Source: the human T2T-CHM13v2.0 reference genome, Homo sapiens
Strand: one strand, 5' to 3'
Assembly: GCF_009914755.1 (NCBI RefSeq)
Contig: NC_060927.1
Length of the DNA stretch: 64,000 nucleotides
The notes beneath the pieces are model-generated. The model was not told where the DNA came from. It worked only from the letters and a program-made list of their open reading frames with translations, and made no database searches. A program made the translations under genes and the position numbers. Shown one piece after another: positions 1 to 13,790 of this stretch (its first letter is position 1; each line of letters starts with the position of its first letter).

Positions 1-1599
1 GGGTGGAAGTAAAGGCCAAGAGTGCCAGATGAAGCCAAAAAGAGTTGCAGTGGGCTCATCTGAGGTTGTGGTGAGGAAGCAGAATATTTAGACTTGTGAT
101 TTTGAAAATCGAGTGACTTTAGGCAAAGCAGAGTCTAAGTGTGCCATGGAAATTGGCAGGCATGGAAGAGTTGTAGAGGCCAGGGAACCGAGATTATATT
201 GTTTAAGTGGACATTGAACTCACACACAGGAGGGCAAGGCTCAGGGTAGAGAGGAAGACAAAGACTGAAGCTCATGCCTCCGATGAATGGGGGCGTGACG
301 GTGGGAGGGAGCATATGGTGGTCCCAAGACCTGGAGAGTGGTGGTCTAGCCAAATGGCATTTTTGCAAAGGGTGCAGGAGATGGCGAGTGATGGTGTGAA
401 AGAGACAGTGGGGAGCAAGGATGACACACCCCACTTCCTGACCCTGAGGTGTGCTGGATGCAAAATCATAAACTGTCATCAGGTGAGAGGGCTGCAAGGC
501 AAAGGTGTCCTCAAGGGACAGCTGCTCTTCCTTAATGCAGGCATGGAGTGAAGGCTCTGAGGGAAGGAGGTGGGTACAGGGGAGTTTCCTGATTTGTAAG
601 TGGAGGGCCCAGGGTGGGGGTGGGCTCAGTAGTCAGTGGGAAAGTCAGAATCAAGAAGAGGCCCACAACTCCATGGGGCTGGTGATGTCCAGAAAGGGGC
701 TAAAGAGTGGGCATGGCAGGATGGAAGCCTGCCTGTGCAGCCTGGTGGGCTGCTCTGAGGAGGAGGGGCTCTGGACCTTCAGGCCAGAAGACTCAGACCT
801 CCAGGCCTGGAGGAGGATGGTCACAGTGACTGCAGGTGCAGCTCCCCTGCCCAGCGTTGGTGGCAGTGATGTCAGCCTTAGGGTGGTGGTGGTGGGTCCT
901 CCAGCTGCATTAGGGGTTTGGCTGAATGTGTGGGGATGAGAGCCAGGTGTAACAGGGGCACACAACTTGCGGTGGGGTATCTCCTGTGGCCTCTCCACTG
1001 CTAGTGTTTGGAGTGGACTGCCGTTCATGATCAATCATTAAACAGACCAAAGCTGCCAGTGCTCTGCTCTTGTCCTACACCTGGGAAAGGCTGGCAGGCC
1101 TGAGGGGAGGCAGAGGCCAGTGACATGCCCCAGTTGACATGTGAGTACCAATGGTTGTGTCCTCAGCAGCCATCACAGTGCTTAGATGCCTGCCTGAAGA
1201 GTATCCTGCTCCACAGACACCTCCACAGCCTCCCATGGTTGCAGGGTCACAGAATGCAGGTTTGCTATAGTTTTCACATAAATGGCACATTCTAAGACAT
1301 CTTTTGATTCCCCCAGCAGGGAGGAGGAGCTGTGGAAAACTGCCAGGTTGCAGTGACCCAGGAGGCAGAAGTGCCACCAGGAACACACTGCAGCCTGCCT
1401 CCTCCTCCAGGCACAGGGCTCTGCACACTTCCACCATAGGTGGGGACCCCTGATCTCCCTAAGGGCACAAGGGGTCCCAGAAGGCAGTGCCCATCCATTA
1501 GTGATGCTGATGTAACTCAATGTCCCCACCCCCATGCCTGGCCTCCTCAAGGCTCTGGAAATGCAGAGTGCATGAGTTGTGGGGAGGGAGCCCTACACT

Positions 1600-1770
1600 G
1601 ATCTCAGGGAAAGGAGGCCCAGCTGTTTCTGGTTCTGCACTAACCTCTGGGGACTTGGGGAAGTCATTTTCCCCTCTCTTATCTTCATTGCTCTAATCTA
1701 TAAATTGTAAGAGTTGACCAAAACTGAATGGCCTCAGATGCCCTGTCAAACTTTGACATTCTGATTTCTA
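1600..1770 (+). mobile_element. MIR/MIR3 SINE fragment
   Basis: MIR core-like gacttggggaagtcatttt...ctcttatcttc...atctataaa and 3' end attctgatttcta. Approximate ends. Confidence 0.55.
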
Positions 1771-1780
1771 GGTTTCCAGA

Positions 1781-1957
1781 CAAGCAGTTCTCAAACTTGA
1801 GAATGTGTCAGACTCCTGTGAAAGACTTGTTAAAACACAGATTGCTGGGCCCACACCCAGAGTTTCTGATTCACTGAGTCTAGGATGTTGCTCTAGATTC
1901 TGCCTGTCTTACCAGTTCCCAGGTGAGGCTGATATGGGACTACATTTTGAGAACTTA
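1781..1957. mobile_element. MER5A-like hAT-Charlie MITE
   Basis: gttctcaaactt...cttgttaaaacacagattgctgggccc...cagagtttctgattca...tttgagaac. Terminal inverted repeats gttctcaaa/tttgagaac. Confidence 0.8.
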
Positions 1958-4744
1958 CAGGGTCAGATATATGATCCCAATAAAGAATGCCACCCCACCC
2001 TCAAACACATACACATCAAAGGTAACATCAGAAGTGAGGGCCTGTGCTATAAATCCACATTCCCAGATCAGCCACCAACCCTCAACCCCCACCTGTCACC
2101 CCCCACATTCCCCTTTGGCACGGAACCGAAACCCTTAGTGGATGGACCAGTGAAGGAGGAGCCTGTGACTCCCTGCCTTGGGGTGTGAGACTGAAGGCCA
2201 GGCATGAAGCCCTCACTTTTTATCCCATTCACATCTAAAATTCAGCCAGGATTCTACAACAGCACAGAGCAGAGCTACACACCCAAGGAAGTCCTCTGTC
2301 CCCAGGTGACTCCCAGGGTAAGGAGGAAGATAGGAAGGGAATGTCAGAGACATCTCAAGGCAAAGCCCAGAGTAAAAGCAAACAAGAAACCAATGTCCAC
2401 AATAGAGGAAAACAATGAGAAGAATAATTAATTCTGCTTTTGTATTTATACCCAGTCTCCAAATTAATTGCTTATTTGTTTAATCTACTTTGACCAGAAG
2501 TGTTACTGCACCAAAAATATTTAATGAGTCAGGTCTTCTAATGTAAAATTCAAGCATATTTGGGCAATGAAATGAGTTTTCATCTACAGTGGGAGATCCA
2601 GCTATCTAAGCAGGACCTTTTCAGCAAAGTTACCTCCTAGAATAGAAATGTCAGAGGGAACACAGTTCATCTGTGTTGCAAATTGTTCTTCTTTGGTCAT
2701 GAGTACTAGTGGGCTGGAAGTCTTTAGTTGACATTTAAATACAAACTTTGGTTTTTTGATATGGGAAGTGTTTCATATATTTAAAAAAAAGATGGCCAGC
2801 CAGCCCAATCCTTCATTCACAACCCCATCACTCATAGCTTCTAGGATCTCACAGAAGTCCCTCGAGGGGACTTCTGGAGACTGCTCAGCATTGTTTGGGT
2901 CTCTCTATAAACTTTTCAGAGTCTGGGTTGGGGAGATAGAAAATGGACTGGCTTCAAGGCCCTAGCAGCTCTGATTCACCCAGAGCAGCTCTGCATTGTT
3001 CTGTTTCACACTTTATACTTCAGGGAGAACTTTGTTTGGAGAAAGGATTTCATAGCTTTAAAAAATAGAAAACTGCCAATATTAGGGTAACGTTACAGCT
3101 GAACAATCCCAGTGAGATGGGGAGGGACCCAACCTGCTAGGTGTCTTCATTTACACCACAGAGAAGAACTTCTATCTCTAATCCCTTGGGACTACCATAT
3201 TCAGGCCTATTCTATGTTCTTTGTGAGATGCAGTCTCAACCCTGCTGACTCAACCCTGCCGAGTCACAACCCTGGCTCCCTTTTCCACCTCATGCTCCTT
3301 CAAAGGCCAATATTCATGTTTGTTAGAACTAAGGGATTTTCTGACTCCTTTTACCTCTGAGGTCTTTAGAGAAGAGCCCGCAATCATTGCAGTAAGAGTA
3401 AATTTTTGTTGAACATTTATTATGTGCTAGCACAGTGTGAAGAGGCTAAAAACATGGTCCTTGCCTAAAGACTTTATTGCACTGATGGAGAGCAGAGGTG
3501 AGCACCTCGGAAGGTAGATCACAGTGCACTGTGTCCCAAAGTGGAGATCACACCCCAAGGGGCTTTGGGTTGGGAGGCAGGAAAGGGCACTCTGGTGGGC
3601 ATGGTCAGGCAAGGATAAGCAGTGTGGGGCAGTGTGAGGCTCCCCCTGTGCCTTCAAAGGCCGGCAAGGTCAAGAAAAGAGATGCCCACAGGGAATGGAA
3701 TTAGGGCTTTTTCTAGTGGTGAGCCATTGAAGGTTTTTAGCATTGGAGTAACAAAGGTAAAATTGAGTTTAGAAAGATTAATATGGCTACAGAGTAGTTT
3801 GAAGTGAAGAAGTTAGAGGTGGACAAGAGAGTTAGGATGGTAAGTACATGAGGCACAATGAGATACAGGTGACGAGACCTGTGGAGAGGCAGTGGCAGGG
3901 CCATGGGAGCATCGGGGGCTCCTGGGCCTGAGCCACACATTAGATGGGAAGGCTATGCTTGTTCACTGTCCAGAGTCACTCGGTCTCCTTATCCTTAGGG
4001 ACAAGATACCCTATCACTTACTTTCTAGGTTGCTTCAGGTTATCTCAAAATGTTCAAGGGAAACCAGCTCTCTTCTGGAGCATTTATCACTCCAGCCTCT
4101 GGGGAACCCAGCTCTTTGCTAGCTTCCCCTTTCTCCAAGCCCATTTGTATCTATCACATCCACCATGGCTTGGTCGACATATTTATATATCCTCTCAAAG
4201 ATATTTATCAGATAAATACCTGAGGCTGTCTCTGGATCCCACTTTTTACATTTACCTTGGGGAATGATGCCCAGTGATTGATTTGCATATGTGAACAGCA
4301 GTGGACCCAGAAGGATAGTTTGGGGTGGTTGCCAAGTCCCCAGCCTGGCAGGTGGGATCTGGTTGAAAGGAGCAAGAGACCACACAGAGAACATCTTCAA
4401 AACATTTGGGAAATTAATAACATAAGAATTAATATTCCTATTTTACAGTTGAAGGACCTGAGGCCCAAAGAAGACAAGGCCTTGGGTTAACCTTATCCCA
4501 AGATCACATAATAAGCAAATGGCAGAGCCAGAATAGGCACACACATCTCTCTGCAGCACCTGGAGGGCCCTGACAACAGCCCTTCTTTATTTCTGCTAAC
4601 TCCTGCTGCTCTGAGCTGGGCCCTAGGCTCCTTACTATTCCTTACCTTACCCGTTTTCTTCACAGCTATGGTCTGTGCTATAGATCACAGGTAGTTAGTC
4701 CAAGGATGATTTGGCTGGGAAACGCTGTTCTAGAGAGAATAGAA

Positions 4745-4920
4745 GAGGTTAGTATTACCATATGATCCAGCAGTTCCAATCCTAGGTTGATTCCCAAGAG
4801 AAATGCAAACATATGTCCACACAGAAACTTGTGTATGAATGTTTATAGAAGCATTATTCTTCAACTTGTGTATGAACGTTTATAGAGGCATTATTCTTCA
4901 ACCCAAATATTCCTCGACTG
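4745..4920 (+). mobile_element. Old L1 (L1M-type) ORF2 3' fragment with internal 37-bp duplication
   Basis: ttaccatatgatccagcagttcca...aaatgcaaacatatgtccacacagaaacttgt...gtttatag-agcattattc matches the L1M ORF2 C-terminal region. Confidence 0.75.
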
Positions 4921-7900
4921 AGGAGCATTTCTCCCAGACAAAGCAATGCCCTATGAGGGTAAAAGTGGTTACCAAGCCTTAGGTTCACACTGTGCAGGCT
5001 GGGGCAGCAGCATCACTCTGGGGGGTCACTGGGAGGGCACCCTCCAACACACACACTGTATGGAAGGGCCAAGGAAAACTACTCTACCCTGTCCACCCAT
5101 GAGTTATTGTGTTGGGGAGGCAGATGGCCTCCTCTTTGTATGGGTCTCCTTGGGAATTTTAGATGTGAAAGTACCTCTCACTGGAAACAGCATTTGCCGT
5201 CTAGAAGAGTTGCTAGAGCATTTGCCCAAGCTAAGGCAGAGGCAGCTCAGCTGTGACCTACATCTTCCTAGAGCTGGCAAGAGATGTCCTCAAACAAGGC
5301 TGTCCCCGTCACAATTTCCACCCACACACACAACACTGTTTTCCCTTTTAGATAAGATTTGCTGAACTCTGAAATCTGAGTTTCATAATTTTATAACCTC
5401 TTTAAACATTTTACTCCAATAGATCAACTGAAGTCTGAGTGTATGTACGTTAATTTTAACACAGTAAACTGTTATATCATTTGTTAGGTCCCAAAACTGA
5501 TTATGGTTAAAACTGTTGAAAGAAGTATTTTGGCACAAAAATCAACTAAAAGATTGTGAAGTATTTTTAATAAGCATTGTAATGTATTAAAACTTAGTAA
5601 TTGTCCTAGAAAAAAAGCATCAAGTAAATCTTGTATTTTTGGAATCTGAGATGCTTAATTGTTGGAGGAGGATGCCCCTATCAGATAAGGAAAACAAAAT
5701 GAGTAAGAAGAAACCTTTGAAGATAACTGAGTCGGTAACTAAATTAAAGTGTCAAGGAATGTCATAAACATAAAATGCTTGGCCCACGTGAACCTGTGAT
5801 ATGACAGTAAAACTCCTGCACATCAGAACTCTAGGATCCAGAGTCTGGGTTATTAACTTTTGAGATAGAGTCATGCCACCATCTCAGACCCAGCCTGAGT
5901 CTCCTGGGACTTCACAGTTCCCTTTGGGACCGTTTGTACAAATGGAGGGCTGTCTGGTGGTCTGCCAGGCTGCATCTTCGATACTACTGGCAGTGACCAG
6001 TGGTCAGTGACTAGTTTGGGCCAACATTTGTTCCACGTCATCTGTGAGCTCTTTCACAACTTGCAGCTAGGGCCATCCTGTCCCTGTAATTTATTCACAT
6101 CTCCTTTGTCAATTCAGGCAAGAACATTCTGTGCTCTTCCTCTGCTGTATGTGATATACTATCTTGGATCTGTCTGCTTTAAAAGCAATTTGAGAGTAAG
6201 TTTTCCCCAAAGTCTTTGGTGGCAAAAACAGAGACAAAGGACTCACTCACTCAGCCTGCCTTTGTTTTTCTCCATCCCAGAGCCCCTTGACCAGTGATGT
6301 TTTAATTCTCTTTCTGCTTCTGACACATTTACAAGGCCTTTTATTGTTGGCTATAACTCTCTTCTTCGACACTCTCATTCTGATTCTGTTTGAACCCTAG
6401 TTGATTTTTCCTTGGAGTCTGATGACACTCTTCTTTGCTCTTTGCTCTCCTATTTGGGTGCCTGTACTCTGTTGGGTCAGCCTCTTCATTTGCTAAGAAA
6501 GGGTGCAGGGCACCTTTGATTCCATTTGGATTTACTGGGCACTGCCTCTTTAGACCTCACACATCTTTCTTGAAACTTCATCAGGTTCTTTCCAAGTAAC
6601 CCCAAACTAAGTCTTTCTGCTTACGTTTTCTGAAGAAGGGTCCATATTTGTTTCTTTGCTAAATTTGAATAATCTTGTGAACTCTTTATTTTCATTTCTT
6701 TCTCTCAGTAGAATGTGTAATTTATTCAAAACCTTTATGTGTGTTTGCCAAAAAGAGACTCTTTCAGATGTTCAAGCAAACTATCCCTTCATCTGAGGAA
6801 TATAGAGAAAAGACAATTAGCCAGGACTTACTGTGAAAACCATTGTATATGGGGGCAAAAGGGGATACTTCTTTGAATTAATCTTCTCATCCCTCTTTAA
6901 TCTTTAGCTTTAGTTTTGCTAGAAGAAGTTGGTGTTTGAGTGAATACCAGAGCTCATTCTTATTATTTTCTGTTTTGTCCGAAAGTTTCATAGCACATAA
7001 AACAACAGATCAAGAGGTGACATTTGCCCTTGGAGAGGGAAAAACCAAATTCATCACTGCAGGTGACTGTTGATGGCAGAGCACTGAACATAAGCTGCCC
7101 GTGATTTTCAGGGAGGATAAGAAATGCTTTCTTGCTTTCTCCCATGTGCTAAATCCCATCGTAATAAAATGTAAACCATTTAGAATGACCTGTGTGAGAA
7201 TACACAGTCTTCCACAGGGCCTGTAACCCTCATGTCATTGCCATGAATCTGAGAAATACAGGCAGGGATGGCCATCACCCTCTGGCAGCTCTTCCCAGAC
7301 CCGAGTGCCGCTGACTGCTGGGGAGTCCATACCATGTGTAGTGACAGGAGCGTTTCTCTCCATGGATTTCACTGTCAGTTGCCTCTGGATCACTCTGCCC
7401 TGTGATTGCCTCTTTACCATCTGACCCCAACTAGACTCCTGCACAGAAGTGCAGGGCTGTGACTTTCTTACTTGTTCTTCTGTCCCCAGTGCTTAGAACA
7501 GGACTGGCACAGTGTTTGGCAAATATCTTGAGTTTTTAATGATGGCTTTCCAGAGAGTAGAGGCAAGGAGAAGAACCAAGCCCGGCAAAATCCTCAGGCC
7601 ATTAGCATTGATCTTTCCATTTTTTAAATACATGATGTTTCAGCTCTCAAGACAGAGGGACTCTGAAGTCCTGTATGAAACTGACGTGATTCACAACATG
7701 TAAATTGTGCCTCCGCAGAGGTCTGCAAGGGCAGCCTGAGAGTCACAGCGTGCAGTGGAAGGAAAGAACTGTCAGGAGCTATTTGTTCACCCTGTCTTTG
7801 TGGACCCACTGGGATCCTCAAATGATCTGGACTGATTCCAGAAAACTGCCTCGCCTTCCCTGAACTGTCTTTATCCTCCCCCATGACTCTGTCCCGTGAT

Positions 7901-7929
7901 TGCAAGGTGTTGGGAAAGATGATCACAGG

Positions 7930-9140
7930 CCATTCACATATTTAACCATCAAGCCTTGTTGCTAAGTCCAGGACTCAGCTCTTACTTTCATTTTACCTGA
8001 CTTAGCAACAGCATTTAACGTATTCTGTCCTCCTGGGAGCACCTTATTTCCACTTGGTTTCTAGGCGATCACACTCTCCTGGTTTTTCTTCTGCTTCATT
8101 GGTGGCTTTTCCTTCTCAGGCCTCTTTAGTGTTTTCTCCTCATCTTCTGAATCTTGAATTTTTTCTATCTATTGATTCTCTTGGTGATCTCTGCAAGTTC
8201 CACTTATTTCAATATCTGTGAAATATTGGTGACTCCACATTGGTCTCCAACATGGACCTTATGCACCTATCTGGTACTCAGCATCTGCTCTGGGACACCT
8301 TGGACATCTCAAATCTAACAGGTCTGAAGTGGAGCACCTGGGCTCTCCTCTCAAACTGCTTCTAGAAATGTCTCCCTGTTCTCAGTTGATGGCAGCCCCA
8401 TTCTTCCAGATGTTTAGGCCAAAACCCTTGTAGTCACTTGACTCTTCTGTTTCTTCCACATCCCATATTCATGGAAATATTCTAAATAGATTCAGAATCT
8501 GCCTACTGTGCTGCTCAGGCCAGGTCTTAGCAGCCATTGTTTCCCAGCTATATTACTACAGCAGTGCTGTGATTGGCTTCCTGCTTTTACATGGCCCCTG
8601 CATTCTATTTGGAGCACAGCAGAGAGTGATAATAGTATCATATAAGTCAGATTACATCACCGTGCCTTGTTGACAGTCCTCCTATGGCCCTCCAGCTTGC
8701 TCAGGGTAGAAGCCAAACTCCTTCTAGTGTCCCTCAGGGTCCTGCCCCCTGTGGACTCCTCTCTTCTGGGTCCCACTGACTCCCTGATGCCCCCAGATCA
8801 GCCCCTTTGTCCTGGCTGCTCCAGATATCCACTCAGCTCCCTCCCTTCCCTCCTTCAACCCTGTGCTCCTGCATCTGCTTCTCAGGCAGCCTTCCCTGAT
8901 CACACACCTCTCACCTCTGGCATCCTGTGTCCCTTTCCCCTTTCCATTTTTTCATGTACTTAATATATTTTAACACAGCTTATGATTCATTTATTAGCTC
9001 TAGTCTCTGCTGAATCCCCCCACTAGAAAGTAAGCTCTATGAGGGCTAGAAATTTTATTTTGTTCACTATGGTGCCTCTAGAACCTAAAAAGTGACTGGT
9101 ACTTGACAGATGCTCAATAAATATGTTTAATTAATTAATT
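7930..9140 (+). mobile_element. L2 LINE 3' portion
   Basis: Pyrimidine-rich L2 body ending in the typical L2 3' end actagaaagtaagctctatgagggc...gatgctcaataaatatgtt. Confidence 0.8.
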
Positions 9141-9889
9141 AACCTGGGTTATAGATACTACTAAGTTGCAGGCAAGAAAAAATACACTTGACAGCTTAAT
9201 CAAGATAAATTATTTCCACTTACTAAACCAATAGGCCAAATTTAACACCGTAAAGGTTGAGATACATGTACATTCTCATAGTCAAAGCCAAAAGCCAACT
9301 CTACAGACAAAAGATGAGGAGCATACCATGGGGAAACCTAAAGGTTATATATAACTGCCATTTCAGGACTGAACAGCAGGGACATGTTTTTGATCCGAAG
9401 GCTATTGGTCATATTAATAGATATATAATACACAGATCATGATAGATATTAGTTTTATTCTAATCTTTGCTGCTCAAATAGTGGAAAGAGAATTGGATTC
9501 ACTTCCAAGCCCCAAGCCTAAGGAGAATTTAGGGAACATGGTCTCATTTGGAAAAGAGCCATCTTGGGTGGCATGTAATGGTCATGGGAGAAATATTTGA
9601 CTATTTTTTTTTCAGCAGGAATAGCTCAAGTAAGATCTAACTAGTTTCCTTAGATATTTGACAAGACATTTTGTGGGAGGGGGAACATCCTTTCTTACTT
9701 CAGTTGGTAGAAAGGAAAACAGTGGGAAGAAGATAACTTTCAAATAAAGATCGGAAGATATGTAAATTGGTGAGACTTACCTAAGTATAGAACAGCAGCT
9801 CCTGGAGGCAAGAAGTCTCCCCTCTCTGGGGGTACAGCAGGAGCTTGGCAGCAAATTCCCAACAGGGAAGTTGTAGGGGGAATCAAAAC

Positions 9890-10340
9890 TACATTAATTC
9901 AGACCCTCCATGAAGCAGACACAAAGATGGGATTAGATGTATGAAAGATTTACTGGGGAAATGAGATGGGAGTCAGAGGAGGCTGGGAAAGCCATCAGAC
10001 CATAAGAAAGGTCTGATCTCTGTAAAGGAGAGAGGGAAGGAAGGAGGATTGGGTAGGGTAGGAAGAGCTTTAGCTTGCTGTGGGGGTTATAAGGTAGTGT
10101 TGGAAAGGCCACTGGGGAGTCTCTGATTGGAAGTTGCCCATCAGAGTAGTCCCATATATCGCAGGAATGGGTCTGCCATGGCATCCCTGCTGCTCTCATT
10201 CATTGGCTGGGAGCAGCCTGTGGGAATCAGGGCCTCTGTGTGAATATGGTGATGGACTGCAGAGTGCAGGAACTGGAGCTGTTAGTTAATTACTCTTCAA
10301 GGAGTAGGAACTCTGAGAGGTGCATTTCACAGCCACCACA
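9890..10340 (-). mobile_element. ERVL solo LTR (LTR16-like), antisense
   Basis: Reverse complement begins TGTGGTGGCTGTGAAATGCACCTCTCAGA. Shares the cagccaatga motif and overall layout with the element at 49162. Confidence 0.65.
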
Positions 10341-11596
10341 AGGTCTCTAATGGGAACAGGGCATACCTGCCTTCAAGGTCCCAGAGGACACTCTGGCTCT
10401 GAGTCCTTATCACACTTCTAACTCTTTATGGCTTTCCTGGACTAGCAGCATCTTCAGAACAAGTGCTCTGCATCCTCTCCCTGAGGGGCTGCATGTAGTA
10501 GGGACTCACTGAGGGTCCAATGAGTAGTGGAGAAAGCAGCAGCCACCTTGTGACCCCGTAGTTGTGCAGTGTAAATTCCAGGTCTTTGAGGGCAATCTGT
10601 TAACTTGAATTGAGGATAGTAAATGTCACTCAGCCACGGTCCCCAGAGAAACCATTGTAAAGTGGAGTTTGAGTGAGGAAAAGACCTTCATCACTGCAGA
10701 AGTGCCAGGACTAAACGGAACAGCCCCTGAGCAGAGCACAGATTGAAGCCTCATCCATTACCCACCTCTTCCCCTAGAAAGACAGCCCTCATTTATTATT
10801 TCCAGACTGTTTTCATTTTGCTTACACCATGTGAAAAATGTTGAATTGGGAAATAAATAATATTATTTCCAAACAGAGATTTCTGAATCAACTTTACAGA
10901 TTTTGGAATTATCTTGTTCCCAAATGTTTGATTTGTTTATCATTTCTTCATTTATACTTGTGAACTCCTTATTGGAAATTCCCTCATTTGGAAAACTCTG
11001 ACCATACCTCTGTTGTTGGTCTGTGTTCATGTCTTTTTGAGAGATACCTCCTCTCTTCCTTTTAAAGTATAATAAAATCTAACTTGCAGTATCAGGAATA
11101 GATGTTTGCTAGAATGCTCCTTTCTGTTGTAGAGTAATTCTACACCAACTGGTTCTACTCTCTCATTATCATCTCTTGCCCCAGGTTCTCATCTCTGCAA
11201 TAGCTCAGCCCACAACTGCAAGACTGAGGTTCCTTCAACACCTTCTTCTCAAAAACATTACAGTGTTCCTCCTTTCCTTCAGTCTTTTCCTTTGATTCCT
11301 CCAACTGTCTCTTGTTTTGGTCAAGCCTTGCCACCTCTGAAAGTCCCATGTCCATTCCAGCTCCTGTGCACACATGCTTTCCTTTCCTAAATGCTACCTT
11401 CTCTCTCCTCTGTTATCCAATCTCCATTGATTCTGCAAAACCCACAGGAAGTTCTGCAGGTCCAGCTCAGCTGATGATAAAGAAGGAGCAGAGTTCAAGC
11501 CGAATGCCATTTTTCTCCCTACGTACCTCTGGAAGATGGCCCTTCCCCTATAATTGAGTGTCTGTTCAGCTACCCTGTTTCTTTCTCTCTCCACAG

Positions 11597-11721
11597 CCCC
11601 CTCCACCGTTCCCATCATGCACCAAGTCAGTGCCACTATGAGGAGCATCACCTTGTCATGGCCACAGCCGGAGCAGCCCAATGGCATCATCCTGGACTAT
11701 GAGATCCGGTACTATGAGAAG
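11597..11721 (+). CDS. EPHB1: EPHB1 coding exon (probably exon 6), N-terminal half of second FN3 domain
   Basis: Acceptor ctttctctctccacag|C and donor GAGAAG|gtgagc. 125 nt, phase 1->0. Encodes (A)[41 protein letters not shown], recognised as EphB1. Confidence 0.97.
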
Positions 11722-12439
11722 GTGAGCCAGCTCTACCTGCAAGCTTGCAAGACCCAAGGCCAGCCACTGTTCCATGGATGGTTGCTAGCTGAAGGCACAA
11801 AGGAGATAGGCTGCTGAGGTGGGGAGGATTCTGGTGACAGAGGCCAGAAGGTCCCTGGGAGAGTTCTCCAGGTCTGCCCTGACAAAGCCTTGTTCAAAGC
11901 CCAGGCACTTTCTGTGCCAACTAAGGAGAGAAACTTCCAGTCCACCATCCTGCAATCTGGATAGTTCACTGGCTGGGAAGGACCAGTCCCATTTTTCCAG
12001 TCACATGTTTGATATACTAATGCAGATGCCACAAAACTGCCAGGGGTCCCCGAACCTTCAGAGGAGTGTGTGGTTTGGTAGATCAGTGTTTTTCAAAGTG
12101 TTTGTGTACCTCCAAAATAAATTTATTTATAAATTATATGCATGTACTACTGCACTAATATATTTGTGGAGGATAAAAAAACATGTAAAGTGAACATTCA
12201 AAAGGATGAGATAAAAATTAACAGAAATATAAATTTATATATTATTTTCCTTGACTACTCTTGAGCATCTGCTTCTGAGGATGACAGTGGGGCATGGGGC
12301 TGCCAAGAAAAGGGAAATGGTGCCTGGTGGAGCTGGTCCCTGGCCTCCCTCTTACCAGGGCAAAATGCAGCATTTGCAAAAATCTTAGGAAAATACAGTG
12401 CCTTCCGTTTTAACCCAACACATTATTTGTAAAACCACA

Positions 12440-13790
12440 TTATTCATTCACTTATTTGTTCAGTAAGTATTGTCAACTATTTGACAGGCACTATTCTAGG
12501 ATATATTAGTGATCAAGGAGACAAAGATTCCTGCCTTTGAGGAGCTTACTTTCCAACAGAGGGAAACAGGCAATAAACAGTGAACATAACACATAAGAAA
12601 ATCATATAGTGTGTTAGAAAATCAACAGCATAGAGGAAAAAAGAGAAAAAATAGCAAGGTAAATGGGATCAGGAGGGTTAGGCTTGGGAAAGAGCAGGTT
12701 GCATAATTAAGTAGAGGGGTAGAGATAGGCCTCTTGGAGAAGGTAAGATCTGAGTAAACCTGAAGAAAGTAAGATCGTTGTGAAGCAGTTATCTGGAGGA
12801 GGAAAGGGCAACAGCCTATGCAAAGGTCCTGAGGCATGATCATGACTGGTGATTCAACAAGCAGGAAGGAAACCAGCATGACTGGAGTGATGCAAGCAAA
12901 TGGGGAAGTAATAGACAGATGAGAGAGATTACCAGAGGAGGTCATCATGTTGGGCCTTAAAGACTGGGCCGGGTGCAGTGGCTCACACCTGCAATCCTAG
13001 CACGTTGGGAGGCTGAGGCAGGCAGATCAGTGGCGCTCAGGAGTTCAAGACTAGCCTGACCAACATAATGAAACCCCATCTCTACTAAAAATACAAAAAA
13101 TTAGCCAGGAGTGGTGGCAGGCTACTCGGGAGGCTGAGGCTAGAGAATCACTTGAACCCAGGAGGTGGAGGTTGCAGTGAGCCTAGATCACACCACTGCA
13201 CTCCAGTGTGGGTGACAGAGCAAGACTTTGTCAAAAAAAAAAAAAAAAAAAAAAAGACTGGAGCTTTTCCACTGAGTGAGATATGGAGCTATAGCAGGTT
13301 GAGGAGCAGAGGAGGGACAAGATCTAACTTACATTTTGGATGGATCATTTAAGCTGTTCCACTGAAAACAGAGCCTAGTAGATCTACAATTATTAACGAG
13401 GATGATGGTGTAATCAGGGTAAAAGCAGAGGGCTGTTGAAATGTAGTTGATTTCCAGATCAGCTAAAGGCAGAGCCAACAGGATTTCCAGCAAGTTGGAT
13501 TTCGGGCATGGGAAGGTTTTAGCCTGAACCACTAGAACGATGTAGCCGGCACTGACTGAGAAGGTGATCACTGTGGGTAGAGCATATCTGATGTGAGGAA
13601 AGGAACAGAAGTTCAGTTCAGTGTCTAAAATGCTTGTAAAATGGCCAAGCAGAGATGTGAGATAGGCAGCAAGAGATTCACATCTGGAGTTCAAGGGAGG
13701 GGACCGGGTGAAGATATCCACCTGGGAGTTGTCAGTATGTAGATGATAAGAAAGTCCTGAGCCTGGGTGAGGTCTTGCAGTGGGTCAATG
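12440..13790 (-). mobile_element. L2 LINE, antisense, interrupted by an Alu
   Basis: Starts tattcattcacttatttgttcag...caggcactattctagg (reverse complement of the L2 3' end). Purine-rich L2 body continues on both sides of the Alu. Confidence 0.75.
12967..13255 (+). mobile_element. AluS element with about 15-nt deletion in right arm
   Basis: GGCCGGG start, A5TACA6 linker and poly(A) tail. TSD AAAGACTG(G) on both sides. gtggcag|gctactc lacks gcgcctgtaatccca. Confidence 0.95.

Noticed and set aside
135-1550. Cluster of overlapping 110-145 aa ORFs on both strands
   Set aside because: No recognisable domain or exon structure. Expected in G-rich, stop-poor intronic or old LINE-like sequence.
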